Shown here in pieces: positions 26,662-40,260 of a DNA stretch of 64,000 nt. The DNA lies in assembly GCA_965213685.1 (NCBI GenBank), contig CBDBZY010000064.1, positions 32,001 through 96,000 of the forward strand. The letters are read 5' to 3'. The position numbers and the translations under genes were made by a program. The first letter of the stretch is position 1. The number at the start of each line of letters is the position of its first letter. Source of the stretch: a bacterium. Lineage in GTDB: Bacteria > UBA8248. Below the pieces are notes generated by a model, which was not told the origin of the DNA, searched no databases, and was given only the letters and a program-made list of their open reading frames with translations.

Positions 26662-28365
26662 TTAGATTGAACTTCCAGGACAACCACATTTACCACTAAA
26701 CATCTCTGATGGCCTTCTATCATGTGTGGATATGCAACCTATGTCTGTAGCACTTTTGTTTACTGACTGAAGAAAGTCTTGTAGCTCTTGTTTCAACACT
26801 GGTACAAGGTCAGTGTGCTGGTCAGATATATCAGTTGTTTCTTTAGGATCGGCTACCACATCATAAAGATTGACACTCTGTATGTTTCCTTTATTGTACT
26901 CAACAACAAGTTTTTGTGAGTCTCGTAATACTGCACCATAGAAAGATGAGTTTAAATCTCCCTTTTTAATGTGAAAGGCAAAAGCAATTGAACTATTGCG
27001 ATGATTGACATCTCCTTTGAGAAATGGTAGGATAGAAACACCGTCTATTGGTCGATCTTGAGGAGGATCAATGCCAAGGATATCACACACAGTTGGTAGC
27101 AGGTCATTTGTCACCACAGGATAATTGGACTTTCGATTGGCTTTAATCACTGCTGGCCATTCTAATATTGCAGGGACTCGAATACCACCTTCAAACACTG
27201 TCCCTTTCTCTCCTCTCAAACCAGCTGTAGAGCCTGGAGTGCCTTTCTGTGGGCCATTGTCACTTGAGAACCACACAAATGTGTTGTTCTTAATGCCATA
27301 TGTTTCCAGTAAACCTCTGACTCTCCCTATTGCTTGGTCCAGTTGCGATATAGCTCCATAGTAATGGGTAACATCTTCTGAGTAACCTTGTTTTCTGTAC
27401 ATAGTGTAGTAGGGATCAAGAGCATAGTACACACGATGCACGTCATGAAATGCAAGTACGACAAAAATAGGCTTTTCATCAAATTGTGATTTTTGGAGGA
27501 ATTTCTCAAACCTATCCACAATGAAATCTGAATCTCCAGCTATGAAGTCATTGTAGGCCTGCAATGTTTTTGACTCCATATCCATGTAGTGATAATCTCT
27601 GCAGGTTTTGTGTTGGTACCATCTCTTCTCAACAGTGCAATTAAAGTGTTCAGAGCATCGGCAGTTTGGTGCCACTGAGGATGTGTCTCTTTCAGTTACT
27701 AACCACTGGTCAAAACCATGCATGCCAGGATGGGACACAGGCCACTTCTTGTTACCCCCTTCAATAACTTTCAAATCACCAACATGCCATTTCCCAAATA
27801 TGGCAGTTTTGTAGCCTTCGTTCTTCAGAAGTTCAGGCAGTGTTACTTCAGAGGTAGGTAGGGGCATAGAACAGGGGCATTCGCCATCATTACATGGAAC
27901 ACCCAGATCTGCGTGCCAGATACAGTACCGATTGTGGTTACGTCCTGTCAACAGAGTGCCTCTGGTTGGTGAGCAAACGGGACCTCCTGAATAAAACCTC
28001 GTTAGGAGGACACTGTTTGGTCCTCGGGCCATTTGGTTGAGATTTGGTGTCTTAGCCTTTCCTCCATTATACTCCACGTCACCATAGCCCAGGTCATCAG
28101 CCAATAAGTACAGAATATTTGGATGTTGCAATGGATTCTTGTGTCTGTTAAGTTGTGAATTTTTGTCCTCTATAGGAAATCTAAATTGTTTCTCCACATT
28201 AGCTGATGTCATACTTGTGTTTGAAATCTTGTCTTCCTTACTGTCTACTCTTTTCATTGAAGTAATGCCATTGACATCTCCTAGTGTGCTGTACAACACA
28301 GATACTAAGATACTCACCACCACTGCCGCTACTACTATTGCCACTCTGAAATCACCCACTTTCAT
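26662..28365 (-). CDS. S1 arylsulfatase-family protein, paralog 3 (567 aa, N-terminal membrane anchor)
   Basis: Intact single-exon CDS with all sulfatase motifs; distinct C-terminal tail EMFSGKCGCPGSSI. Confidence 0.93.
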   Translation of the reverse strand: MKVGDFRVAIVVAAVVVSILVSVLYSTLGDVNGITSMKRVDSKEDKISNTSMTSANVEKQFRFPIEDKNSQLNRHKNPLQHPNILYLLADDLGYGDVEYNGGKAKTPNLNQMARGPNSVLLTRFYSGGPVCSPTRGTLLTGRNHNRYCIWHADLGVPCNDGECPCSMPLPTSEVTLPELLKNEGYKTAIFGKWHVGDLKVIEGGNKKWPVSHPGMHGFDQWLVTERDTSSVAPNCRCSEHFNCTVEKRWYQHKTCRDYHYMDMESKTLQAYNDFIAGDSDFIVDRFEKFLQKSQFDEKPIFVVLAFHDVHRVYYALDPYYTMYRKQGYSEDVTHYYGAISQLDQAIGRVRGLLETYGIKNNTFVWFSSDNGPQKGTPGSTAGLRGEKGTVFEGGIRVPAILEWPAVIKANRKSNYPVVTNDLLPTVCDILGIDPPQDRPIDGVSILPFLKGDVNHRNSSIAFAFHIKKGDLNSSFYGAVLRDSQKLVVEYNKGNIQSVNLYDVVADPKETTDISDQHTDLVPVLKQELQDFLQSVNKSATDIGCISTHDRRPSEMFSGKCGCPGSSI

Positions 28366-29237
28366 AGTTTGGTGAGGAGACACACCTGCAGCTGTAGTAC
28401 AGAAGGAAGGAACAATGGTAGAAAGTGATCTCTCTACATAAGCAGGGTACATATACACGAACACAGCCTTGCTGTGGGCCATGTATAAGCACAAGACATA
28501 CACGCCCACTGCAAAAATTCCATGGTTATTTTAACCATGGTTTTCTCAGTTGCACATTTGTTCAACAGTGGACACTGTGCAAATATGCAGGAAATTCATC
28601 TTAAGAAGTGTGGGAGGATTGAGAAACTAAATGACAGGTTTTAGTTCATTAAGCATGACATACAATGTACATGTAACTGTAAGCATCCATTATGGACTGT
28701 AGCTACAGTGTCATGGCCAGGCCTTGCAAGAGCTCAGTATGTAGAACAGCTACACTTAGTGAGACTAGAAGACTTTGATAATACTTACAGCAAGTCAGAT
28801 TAGCTTTGTGGCCTGCTGTCGAGCGTGTCCAATTTTGGGTGTATACAGTACTTCATTAAGTCTGTACACACATACACACAGCTAATAGCACGAAAGCAAC
28901 TAGATGCTTTGAACTTTTTAAAAAGCATTATACACAGTGTGTTCATATCTTTGACTATTAAACGGTCACTGCAAATGCGAGTACTCTTGGTTTAGTCTAT
29001 TTCATTTTTGCATGGACTCTATTTGCCTTACATTTTCACTACATTTCACGTCTGTAGTTATTCTGATGTCATATTCTTTGGGTTGAAGTTGTCACCACAC
29101 TAGTAGTGGTATGTTGTTCAACTTCATTTTAATTGAGTTGTGAGAAATCATATTATATGTTTGACAAAATACCACAGTTTTTGGATAAGTAGTATGTTGT
29201 GCTGCAAGTTGTGTGCTGATCATTGAACTAAATTCTA

Positions 29238-29911
29238 GAAACATGTTTGAAAGATGTAGGGACGGCTGTGCCAAAAACCACAGAAACTAGGTGTAGGGAT
29301 GGCAGTATGCAGGCAAGACATGTTATACAAAGACTACACAAGTAACCCCATCCCTACATCATTTTTTATACCTGATATGATTTTGCTGGCTATGCATGCC
29401 ATTAGGTATTGAGAACAACAGTTTGAAGCAAAAAATGTAGGGATGGGGTTACTTGTGTAGTCTTTGTATAACATGTCTTGCCTGCACATCCCTACACCTA
29501 GTTTCTGTGGTTTTTGGCACAGCCTCCCTACATCTTTCAACATTAAAAAATGTTTTTAATACTTGTTTGTATCCTTTTTCCTGGTAATAGTTCACTAAAA
29601 TGTATTCTGTTCTTGCAAGCTTCTTTCAGAATCCCTCGAACAAATCATAACAGCCACTGCTACCCATTAGGAACAGAGTAGAAAGGGGCTTAACCGGAAG
29701 GAGCTTGACCACCATCACGCCATTTTGAAGTTGGGGGGCTGAGCCCCTCCACAAAGTCCTGAGCTAGAGTGACTACTTCACTACATGTATCTAACTGGCT
29801 AACTCATACCCGCTACATTAACGTTTTTGTACAATAGAAAGACGCTGCTCAAACCTCTCTCGAATCAGCGACAACGCCAGCCTAAAATTAATAGGCGTGG
29901 CTTCGCGAGGC
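29238..29911 (+). mobile_element. Hairpin-ended HINE-like element, copy D (3' truncated, diverged)
   Basis: Long IR about 29238-29569 and body homologous to copy A up to TAATAGGCGTGGCTTCG. Confidence 0.8.
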
Positions 29912-30509
29912 CGTTCTCGCTAGGTGCAGAGAAAAAGCCGCACCCGAAATTACAGGTCCAACCCTTACGTCACTGTGGTGCTGTAATTCAAGGGAAGGAA
30001 TGTTGTGAAGACGAAGAGGAATACAATTGACCTTATGCAGTGAAATGAATACACTAAGTCTCTTGAACAGAGATCCAGTTACAGTGACAGTTGAATAATC
30101 ACTGACCAGGTGAAAAAGGCGTCCAGCGTGAGAGTAGAACCAAGGTGTGGTGACAGTAAGCAAGAACTCGATGCTACACTCTTAGCATGCATGCTAGCAG
30201 CCCTTAGGAGTAGGCTGGACCCTGCCATGTTTACCTCTCTTTCGATACTCTTAGCCATCCTTATTTAGTACATGAAATAACATGTGCATAGCACACCAGC
30301 TATATAGAAAGAGTCAAAGAAAGTTAAAAGAAAGGTGAATTAAGGCCATAACCCCCTATACGTATACATGTAACACAATGAGCACAACACACCTGGATGC
30401 CCAGCCTTGAGAACTGGGGTGGTGGGTTGAAGATCTTTTATGGCGCCAACTCTCCAATTAAGTGCTGTCTTGAACTCACATATACACAGACACAGACATG
30501 AACAACAAA

Positions 30510-30660
30510 AACAGCCTCAAGACTTAGAAAAATAGCTCAGAGCAATTTAACACACCACAGCCTCTAGGCTTAGAAAATAACTTTGACATACAGTAGCCTC
30601 TAAGCTTAGAAAAATCTAAATTGGAAAACAACTAGAACAGCCTCAAGGCTTAGAAAAATA
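30510..30660 (+). repeat. Four ACAGCCTCAAGGCTTAGAAAAATA-like repeats with variable spacers
   Basis: Direct inspection; same motif family as 1340-1485. Confidence 0.8.
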
Positions 30661-30894
30661 AATTTAACACACCAGCGTATACTGCGCATTGCGCAGCATT
30701 GCGCGATATCACGTGACCCTCGATGGGCCAGTATAGTACAGTACTAGTACTTGACTTGCTTACTACGTAATTTTCATTACTGCGCTTGCGTTGTTTGTTC
30801 TAAAACGGCAGCTACTACACAGGAAGTTGGAAGCGGCGACGAAATCATGCGACTTAAATCCCACACATAAACAATTGTGAAGGCATAGACTTAA

Positions 30895-31467
30895 GGGAGG
30901 GCGAGTCATGATTGCGTTCTTCGTCAATTACTCTACCGTCGCTTTCCCCCTACAATTACCAACGCTAAAACGACAGCAATTCTTTGGCGCGGTTGCAAAT
31001 TCGCTGGGAAAAATTCATATTTTCCCTCTACCGTTGGACGTGCGGCGCTATGTGGCGCCAACCGGTGAAGAGGTGGATGCTCGCCAAAGGGGAGTGAACT
31101 AGTTTATGCGCAATGGGTTGCTCGAGGCTTGGCTTGCTACTTTACGGCAGAATTTGCTACCGTTTTTCTAAATTCTGCAGCACGAAGAAAACGATTATAT
31201 GTCTAGAAAGAAAGATTTAGCACGGATTTTTAAAGCAAACGTAGATAGCCAACATGCTTAGTAATCATCCACCGAAGTTTCGTCTCTGCAGCATTAGCCG
31301 TTATTGGCCAATTTTTTTCAATAATTAGCGATATGCATATTGCGTAAATTTTATAATTCTATGAACCGACATATCACGCAAAACTACGTTATATCGCTAA
31401 CAGGCATCATTAGGAGAATACAATAAAACATAAATCAGGCAAAATCATGTCTTAGGGTCGTCCTGCC
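30895..31467. mobile_element. Kolobok-like non-autonomous element inserted in the left TIR of the element above
   Basis: TTAA duplicated at 30891-30894 and 31468-31471; GG...CC termini with imperfect TIR. Confidence 0.75.
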
Positions 31468-31815
31468 TTAAAATGGAACCTTAGCCACACTTTGTACTTT
31501 TGAGTAATGAGCCTCCAAAGTGGAATGTTTGCAGGGATTTACCCTCTGCAATGTCTGCCATTCTTTGGGCATCAGCGCATTCCATTTACGTTCAAAAGTT
31601 TTTGCATGTACTAATTAGTTGCCATAGCAACCAGATGTGGCCACGCCTACCTCGTTATTGCTAGCTGAATGTATTAAGAGACTTTCAGCACTGCGCAAAA
31701 CTGATTTTATACCAACTTATTTGTTGGTTTCGTGAGTCCTAGACAGGAAATAGAGTGCAACAATGTAAGCTAGTGAGTCTTTGTGTGTTAAAAGCAGAGA
31801 GTCTACTCGAACATC

Positions 31816-32439
31816 ATGGCTATCCGGGCCACAAGACCCACAACAAGGGAAGCCCGGAGGGAGAGATCTAGGGAGATCTACAAGGCTGGTAAATCAAGAG
31901 GACCATACAGACTTAGCAGGAGTGTCAACGAGTCTCTCAATAAGAGCAGCACTGAAGGCGAAAGTTCAGAGGTGGGCACTAATTTGGACGGCATATGCAC
32001 GAAGTGCCATCCGGTTCTATCAAGGTGTGTTGATACTTTTAAGTCCATAAAAAAGCAAGGATCTAGTCTAAAGATGGTGAAGAGGATAAATCCTGTACCA
32101 AGAAGAGCAGACATGGATCATTATAGAGATGTGAAAACTCAGAATGACTGGCTACGTTCAAATGTTTTTGACTCCATGGGAAATTTTCTTTATTGTGCCA
32201 AATGTATACGTGCAGCTTTTGGTATTTCCAAGCAGTGTCTTGCCCGACAGCATAAGATGGAGCAGTCTGCTTCACAAGAGCCAATCACACATTTAACGAA
32301 AGCTGAAGTCGAAGAAAAGCGATTAGGAGAGTTTGTTGTCATGCCAAGTGGATGTGATAAGCCTTTAGTACATGGTGGAAGAGGAAAGCTTCAGGTGATG
32401 TTGTCAATGTCAAATATCCTCACGAATGACACAGATTAG
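31816..32439 (+). pseudogene. N-terminal part of an unidentified transposon-encoded protein
   Basis: 207-aa basic ORF with CxxC motifs (CTKCH; FDSMGNFLYCAKCIRAAFGISK) lying between TIRs. Confidence 0.55.
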
Positions 32440-33103
32440 CTGGAAAAGTCTCAAACTCTGCTAAAACTGACACAATGCAGGAATCCGCACACTCCACGAT
32501 TTTGTGATCATAAAACACATCCTCACTGATGAGGTCATCATGCATGTAAGAAAGCTGTGTTATACAGGAAGTTTTGAAAGCTCAAAAATGAAAATAGCAC
32601 AGGGAGTTAGCTCAGACCTAGATGCTATTCCCAAAGAGAGTAGCTCATACAAAGCTACAAGTGAGTAAAGCTTCAAAGAAAATGGAAGATTTAAAGTCTA
32701 TGTACACTAAGTTTGTATGCCGTACTAGGTGGCCAGAATTCTTGCAGGAACAGTAGACAATAATAGTTTATTGTAGTGTTCTTCATCATTGTAAGGTTAT
32801 TATTTGGTCATATAGCACTGTAAAAGACAATTCTATTAATAATGAAATGATTCTGACCAAAAAGTGCATTTGGGATAGGTGTGGCTAAGGTTCCATTTTA
32901 AGTCTATGCCTTCATTATTACTATACCGTCAATGAGCATATTTAGCATATATACCAGCCGAGTTGGTAGGTTTGTGAAAGCGCTCCTGTAGCTATGCGTG
33001 TCAGGCAGGTATCGTCGCTATATATCTTCTACACTGGCCCTAGGCGCTACCTGTTTACATTGCTGAAGCTCTGTCGTGCGTTGTGCCGTAACTCGCCAAT
33101 TAC

Positions 33104-34386
33104 GCAACTGAGATGACCATAGCAAGGTTAAGATCACGCTTTTTTTTGCTATGTACACATAAACGTAGCCTTACTGTGGGCTGTATAAGCATGGGACATA
33201 CATACAAACGTATCCTTACTGTTGATTTCTCCTGTCTCAGCTCAGCTTAGTTTAAGAAATGGGCAGTCTCCATAGTGTATGTTCTAGTTGGTAGAGTGCT
33301 GTTCACTTAGTGATACCATTACCCCTATTGTGTGGGCAGGGCCATTACCTCAGTACAATGAAACCTCTGTATAGTGTTCACTCTGTAAAACAGCCACCTC
33401 ATTATTACAGCCACCTACTCAGGTCACTTGGGATATAATGCCCAATATTTACACCTCTATTAAACAGCCACCTCTCTATTACAGCTACAAATTTATGGCC
33501 CATAGGTGACCACTCTAGGGAGGTTCCACTGCAATGGCTTAAAACTGTGCACAAAACCTGCTGGTTGGCAAAAAGTGCATGGAGTGCTAGTCAGCTAGTA
33601 CTAGTGTATCGCCTTGTCAGTGGCAGCACCATGAGTAATGGTTATGTCAACCCATTGGACTACCAGGCCAGGAAGAGATACTATGAAAAGCTGGAAACTG
33701 TTGGCCTGTCTCTTAATGTTGAACCATATAGCGCTAGTGATAGATTCCATTCTGACACGACCCTTTGGCCAAAGATCGAATTTCAGGCCTGGCACCTACG
33801 TTCAGGAACAGCTTCTCTCATGGAAGCAGATGGAAGCACCCAGCTGGATTCAAAAACGTGCGTGATAAGTCCACTGACTGAGGACTGAGCACACCAGCGT
33901 CAGCCGTTGGACAGGAAGAACACTATAGCTAACACAGTGCAACTATCAGAAAACTCTAATCTATGTCTATTCCTCACTCACGATGTTTCTGTTATATTCT
34001 CTCTTCAAGAGAGGAGGTTACCGCCGTACAGTCAGTCAGGAACGTGTTTATACACAGCACGGTTGTTACTAAAACCCAGGACGGGACGGGGTGAATCCGA
34101 GACATCCTGTCCCGTCCGTACGCATATGATAGCCACGCTGGTGGCAGTTAGGCACTCCTGGCACGTATCTACTACGGACTCTACAAGTGCTTCGGCAGGA
34201 CATGTAGCTACTACGGACTCTACAAGTGCTTCGTCGCATCATACCTTTACACTGTATCCTTGCAAATTTCACAGTTCATGACAAGACTGTATAAATATTA
34301 CTTTCACAAAAACGACAAAACCTCTTGCGAAGACCTACACAAGATACATGAAACCGTTCCATACAAGTGTCACATTCAATCATGGC
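33104..34386 (+). repeat. Segmental duplicate of 5501-6800
   Basis: Near-identical co-linear sequence. Confidence 0.9.
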
Positions 34387-35019
34387 GCAAGCATTTTTCG
34401 TAGTATGGTACAGTCTGCTTCCCTTTCATCACCCTGAAATAATGTCAAACTCTTCTCAATTGGCATAATGTACATGGCTTGGGCAATCATGTGACCGCTT
34501 CCAACCTCCTCTGGTTACTACAAGTACACCAGGCCTGACTCAGCAACACGAATGCCCTATGACATGTTAGTGAGACACATGATAACCCCTCAATCGACAA
34601 AGTGGTTAATAAAGTCTGGGGCAGCCAAACCCAGCCCAGCCTAGCCTGGTTATGTATGAGGGAGGAAAAACTCACTGCCGTATCATCTGAGTGATGGAAA
34701 GAAAGTGGAAGAAAAAGTGGACTCCTGCTGACATTCTACCGACTGAGTCAGAGCTAAAGAGCCCAGCCAGCAGGCAGGCTGTTTGTTTGTCATGTTTGTT
34801 TTCCCCCCTCATACACCAACCAGGGGTTATCATGTGTCTATACTTAAAAAAAAAACAGACCCTTAATGGGTCTCCTGCTTCAGCCACTGCCCCTCAGACT
34901 AACTAGGCTAGGCTAGGTTGGTTGCCCTAGACTTTAATAACCATCCTGTCTGTTGGGGCAGCAGGAAGCTTCATTGCAGACCAGCAGAGACTGTTGTCAG
35001 GATATGGTATCAACTTTGC

Positions 35020-35117
35020 CTGCTGTCAGAAGTCGGAAGAGCGTCAGCATGTATAGAAAGCTGAGAGTTGTGGGTTCGAGTCCCGCAAGAGTCCACTTTT
35101 TCTTCCACTTTCTTTCT
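35020..35117 (+). repeat. tRNA-derived (SINE-like) head
   Basis: GGGTTCGAGTCCC T-arm/B-box, TCAGC/GCTGA stem, degenerate D arm; internally deleted inverted copy at 34697-34755. Confidence 0.5.
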
Positions 35118-35349
35118 CTTAGAGAGTCTAACTGATGAGACTAGTGTGGGCTACGGCAAAAGCCTTTGATACCAAGCGCTGCCGTTCATGATGGCTTTGC
35201 CATCAGATAGTAATGAACAAAGCACTAGTAACAGTGAAGCAAGTGGGAATGTTTCTGATCAGCGCTTCCCGTCTCCTTTTTTGGTCATGGACTGAGGGCA
35301 TCTGGCCGTACCGTGGTGGGTGATCATTCACACTCAACACAATTATCTA

Positions 35350-38196
35350 ATCATGAGACACTGACAATTATGTATTCAAATGCTCGAAGTTTGTTACCTA
35401 GATTGAAGAACTACAAGTTTTAGTGTATAGTAATCTATGTATTGTTGAATCATGGCTATCACAAGGCATATTTGACAATGAAATAACAATTATGGGTTAT
35501 AACTGTCATAGAAAAGATTGTAACAGGATGGTGGAGGTGTATGTGTATATACAGGTCAGCATCTTGCCACAATGAATATGTCAGAAGAAGTTCATGCAGA
35601 TCTGGAATGTATATTTGTGAATGTTTTGAAAGGTACAGTCAAAACAACAGTTGGATGTTTCTATCGACCACCCAATTCTCCAAATTATATTTTTGATACT
35701 CTCACAGATTCTATTTTTGCACTTCAGCCTAACCTGTTGACTAATTTCATCCTTATTAGTGACTTTAATGTTGATACTTCAAGAGGAATTAATACATGTC
35801 TGAACAATTTCATGGCAACATTGAGTCTCAGCCAAGTGGTCACCACAACAACACATATTTCTCCCTCTGGACGAGAGACTACAATTGACTTGTGCTTCAT
35901 GTCATGTATAGAAAATCTTATTTCTTGTGAAACAAGACCTCCACTTGGAACCTCTGATCATAAGTCTCTTGTTGTCACCTTGAAAAGTGGCTGTATGCGA
36001 AGGAACAAATTTCATTACGAAAAACTTCTATGGAGGTACACTGAAGCCAATGTAGAAAGGGCATGTGCATTGATAAGGAACACTGACTGGAAAATAATCT
36101 TGACGAGTAATGTAAATGAGTCATGGCAAAACTGGAAAAGGATCTTTTTAGACATAATGCAACAGTGTGTTCCATGAGCTAAACAGCAATGCCGGCGTTA
36201 TTTGCTTTGGATTAACAAAAATATTATGTGTGTTATTAAAAGAAGAGATCACTTGTATTGTAAGTTCAAGATATCGCAGAGTGTATCTGCTTGGAAGAAG
36301 TATAAAGAGATGAGAAATCGAGTGGTCAAACTCATTAGGTCATCCTGAGCTGTTTTTTTCTGTAACCTCTCCAGAATGGCAAATGATCCTCAGAAGTTTT
36401 GGAAAATAGTGAACTCTTCGAACACTGTTTCAAGTCATATTCCTACACTGGTTTCTGATAATACGTTGGTGTCGGAAGACGCTGAGAAAGCTGAAGTACT
36501 GAACATTTTCTTTGGTGAGAGCCTTAACAAATCAGATTCTTCTCTTCAACATTCTCCATCTCAACATCTGAGTGACTCCACCTCAGATATATCATTAATT
36601 GACATCTCTGAAGAGGAAGTTGTGTGCCTGATTTCTTCCCTGAAGCCCAAACGTCACCTGGAATAACTACTGTTGAAATGTTACAGTTGGTTGCCCAGTG
36701 TATTGGGCCAGCACTAATGCTGCTATTTAACATTTTCTTGCAATGGGAAAAATTCCATCGGAGTGGAAAGTTGGAAAAGTTATTCCTATACGCCATCTTC
36801 AGCTGCCGTCCAACTATCATCCAATTACGCTTCTACCCATTGTCAGCAAGATTTTAGAACGACATATCTTTAATATTCTGCGTGACTTCATGCACAACCA
36901 GTGCCCACTCTCTCCAAACCAGTGGGGGTTCTGCTCAGGGAAATCCACTAGCACTGCTCTAGCTTACATTACACATTGCTGGAATGCAAAGTTGCATACT
37001 GGTGTGGATATATGTGCAGTCTTTTTTGACTTAAGAAAGGCCTTCGATAGGGCACTGCTTCAGAAACTTTCTAAGCTAGATTTACCTCCTCTGTTGTTCC
37101 AGTGGCTCCAGGACTGCTTAACTGGTAGATTTCAGCAAGTTGCTATCGGAGAGGCAATATCCAGGTTACTTCCTGTTCTATTGGGTGTGCCTCAAGGGTC
37201 AATACTTGGTCCGCTGTTGTTCATCTTTTTCATTGATGATATTTGTGATCTCCCACTATCGAAGGATTCCACTCTTGCACTCTATGCAGATGACATCTGT
37301 TATTCCAGGCCTATTTGCAGCAGTGAGGACTTTGCAATTGTACAAAGGGACATTGACTTAATTGGAAACTGGTCCAGTAGTAACCATCTGAAATTTATTA
37401 AAGATAAGTGTCAGTGGATGTTTATATCTCCAAACGATCTAAGAACCCTGAATGTCATGCAGTCGACCTGTTTGTTAATGTAACTAAACTAAATCGTGTC
37501 TTTGAAGTGAAGTACTTGGGTGTACTTATCACTCACAACCTAAATTGAGCTGCACATATTCATTCTGTGGTCTCCAAAACAAGACAAAAACTGGGTTTTC
37601 TCTACCGCAAGTTTTACAAACACTGCAACACTACAGTTCTCCGGAAACTATATGTATCATTAATATGCCCAGTACTGTTGCATTGTATGGGACCCCTTCA
37701 CAAAGGGCTCAATTGAACACTTGGAAAAAACTCCAAAGCTGGCTGCAAAAATCTGCCTGAAGAAGTGGAACTTATCATACACTACCATGTTGAGGGAGCT
37801 TAACTTGCCTACATTGCAAATTTGCAATCTAGGAGGCACATTATGAAGCTATGTGTTGTTTATGCCATACTTAATGACTCAATGTACTTCCCATCAGGTA
37901 TCTTTGATCGCAATTCCAGTGTCAGCACTAAAACCAATACTCCACTGTGCCTCCAGCCTGTACATTGCTCTACCAATTATTTCATGTTTTCTTTTGTTCC
38001 TCATTCCATCCTTCTGTGTAACAGTCTCTCACCATGCATCTCTGGATCTGCATCATTGTTGTCTTTTAAACGCGCATTACATGTTTGGCTTTAGTTCCCT
38101 GTCCTTGTTCTGTCTTGTCCATTCCTTATATTTATTGACTATATTGCACTGAAGTACGTCACTAGCTATTGTACTATTGTACTTCGTATTTCTAAT
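35350..38196 (+). pseudogene. Decayed CR1/L2-group LINE ORF2 (APE + RT)
   Basis: YRPPNS, SDFNV, SDHKSL, FFDLRKAFD, GVPQGSILGP, LYADD; many stops and frameshifts. Confidence 0.92.
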
Positions 38197-39442
38197 AACG
38201 GACTCACCCTCGGAACGCCTGGGTATGAGGCTAGTCGCTACTAAGCCTCGGCATAACCAACTCTAGCGCTTCTGCTCCATGCCGTCGCTATATACATCCG
38301 CATGTACGTGTACTCGGGTACATTTAACAGCCGATAGGCCAGCGGTCCAAATATTGCAGATACAGGAAGTCAATACGTGCTTTCATTCCATTGCGCAATT
38401 TTCTCATCACTTACATCCTGCTTCTTTTCCTCGTTATATCTCGGCAGCGACTCGACCTGGCGACTTGAGCAGGTACTAGCAAGTAGAGCAGCCCTTTTGC
38501 GTTCTACCTGTGTGTAGTACAACACTGTTCGTTACTCAAGCGCCCCACGATGACGCCGCATCCACACACTATTTGCTGGCCAGCGCTCGCAGTACCCCAC
38601 GCAGAAGCTATCTCATTTTGGTTTGCCTGAGCCAATTCTCACAGTTCGAGCGCTACAGGTCAGGCATGCTGGTAGTTATAACATACAGCAAAGTTAACTG
38701 GTTCCGCTAAGTTGTAGTGGAGTTACGAGTGGTGAAAATGTAATCAAAAACAATCATTTAACGCATGCACGCAATGAGAAAAGCATACATAACAAATACA
38801 CTAGGATCACGTTCTCCACTTCTGGGACCTCCAAAAACGTGTTTCACACTAGGGGACATAGCATGTATCAAGGACAGAGTTCCACAAATATAGACGAGCT
38901 GTTCCACAAATGTAGATGAGCCTCATCCTGTCTGGTAGATGTATAAGAAAGTAATACAGATATAGGCAAAAATGAATACCATGCAGGTGGCAAACAATGG
39001 TATGTTTCACATGAAGAATGTGAAGGAAAGCATCTTAAACATCACTCACTGTTGTATCACAAAATTAATGTCAGGCATAAACTTTTAACAATCATTTTCA
39101 TTCCCATCTTCAGTTTCACTAGTGTCACTCTGAATATTGTTAACCATGGCAATGTTGTACTTCCACTTAACCATGCTACCAGTTACCTCTCGTTCTCCTT
39201 GCTCACTCATCCATTTCCACTGCTCTACCACAAGGGATGTTTTGGTAGTTACTACACCTATAATTATAATGAAAAGCACTTGGAAAGTGCATAACCCTCG
39301 TGAGATGGATAATGGATAAATGTATTCACCGTAGTCATGCCATTCATTTTTGATGCATGTCTTTGTAGAAGTGTATGTTAGCCTTATGACTAGCACTGCT
39401 GAATAGCATTCACAAACATTGCACTTGCAAAGACAGACAAAC

Positions 39443-39563
<121 letters not shown>

Positions 39564-40120
39564 CACATAGACACACAGTACAGCAGTCTTTGCTACGTCT
39601 ACCATGTACCAGCAGAGTTAGAGGAGGGTGGACATGGCGGGCACGTGATATACCTACGACAAATCAAGGCAGTCTCATTGATCATAGCTATATACACAAG
39701 GAGCATCTACATGTAGAAGTATCACCTCAAAAATATAATTACAGTATATCAGCTCAGTGCTAGATGTTTGAGTAGGAACAGAAGCTCGCTTGGCCTTGAG
39801 CAGCCCAAGAACATACACTTCTTCAATAGGTGCGCACCCAAGTACTAGCTAGGCTGGCTGGACACATTTGAGTCGAAAAGCTCCCAACTGCGTATATGAC
39901 ACCAGATCGTACCATTTGTACTTCCACTCCATTAGTAGCTAATGGAACCTTAACAACGCGACTTTACACAACCTTGAAAAGTTACTTTTGCTCACCAATA
40001 GCCTCACTATCAACCGAGCGACTCCAGAGTTCACCAATTCTGAGAGACTATGATGCTTCTCCGATTCTCCACTTTGAAGAATGCAGCATCTACTGTTACG
40101 GAGAAAATCCACGCATGCCT

Positions 40121-40260
<140 letters not shown>

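Larger units (their letters stand above)
30878..32914 (+). mobile_element. Unclassified DNA transposon with 36-bp TIRs and an internally deleted ORF
   Basis: TGAAGGCATAGACTTAAAATGGAACCTTAGCCACAC (split by an insertion) and its exact reverse complement at 32879-32914. Confidence 0.8.

Noticed and set aside
35020-35095. Functional tRNA gene
   Set aside because: Oversized anticodon loop, poor D arm and acceptor stem; more likely SINE-derived.
35132-35190. Hammerhead ribozyme (CTGATGA...CAAAA, possibly decayed CGAAA)
   Set aside because: Stem II imperfect, GAAA missing, no UH cleavage triplet or stem I pairing found.
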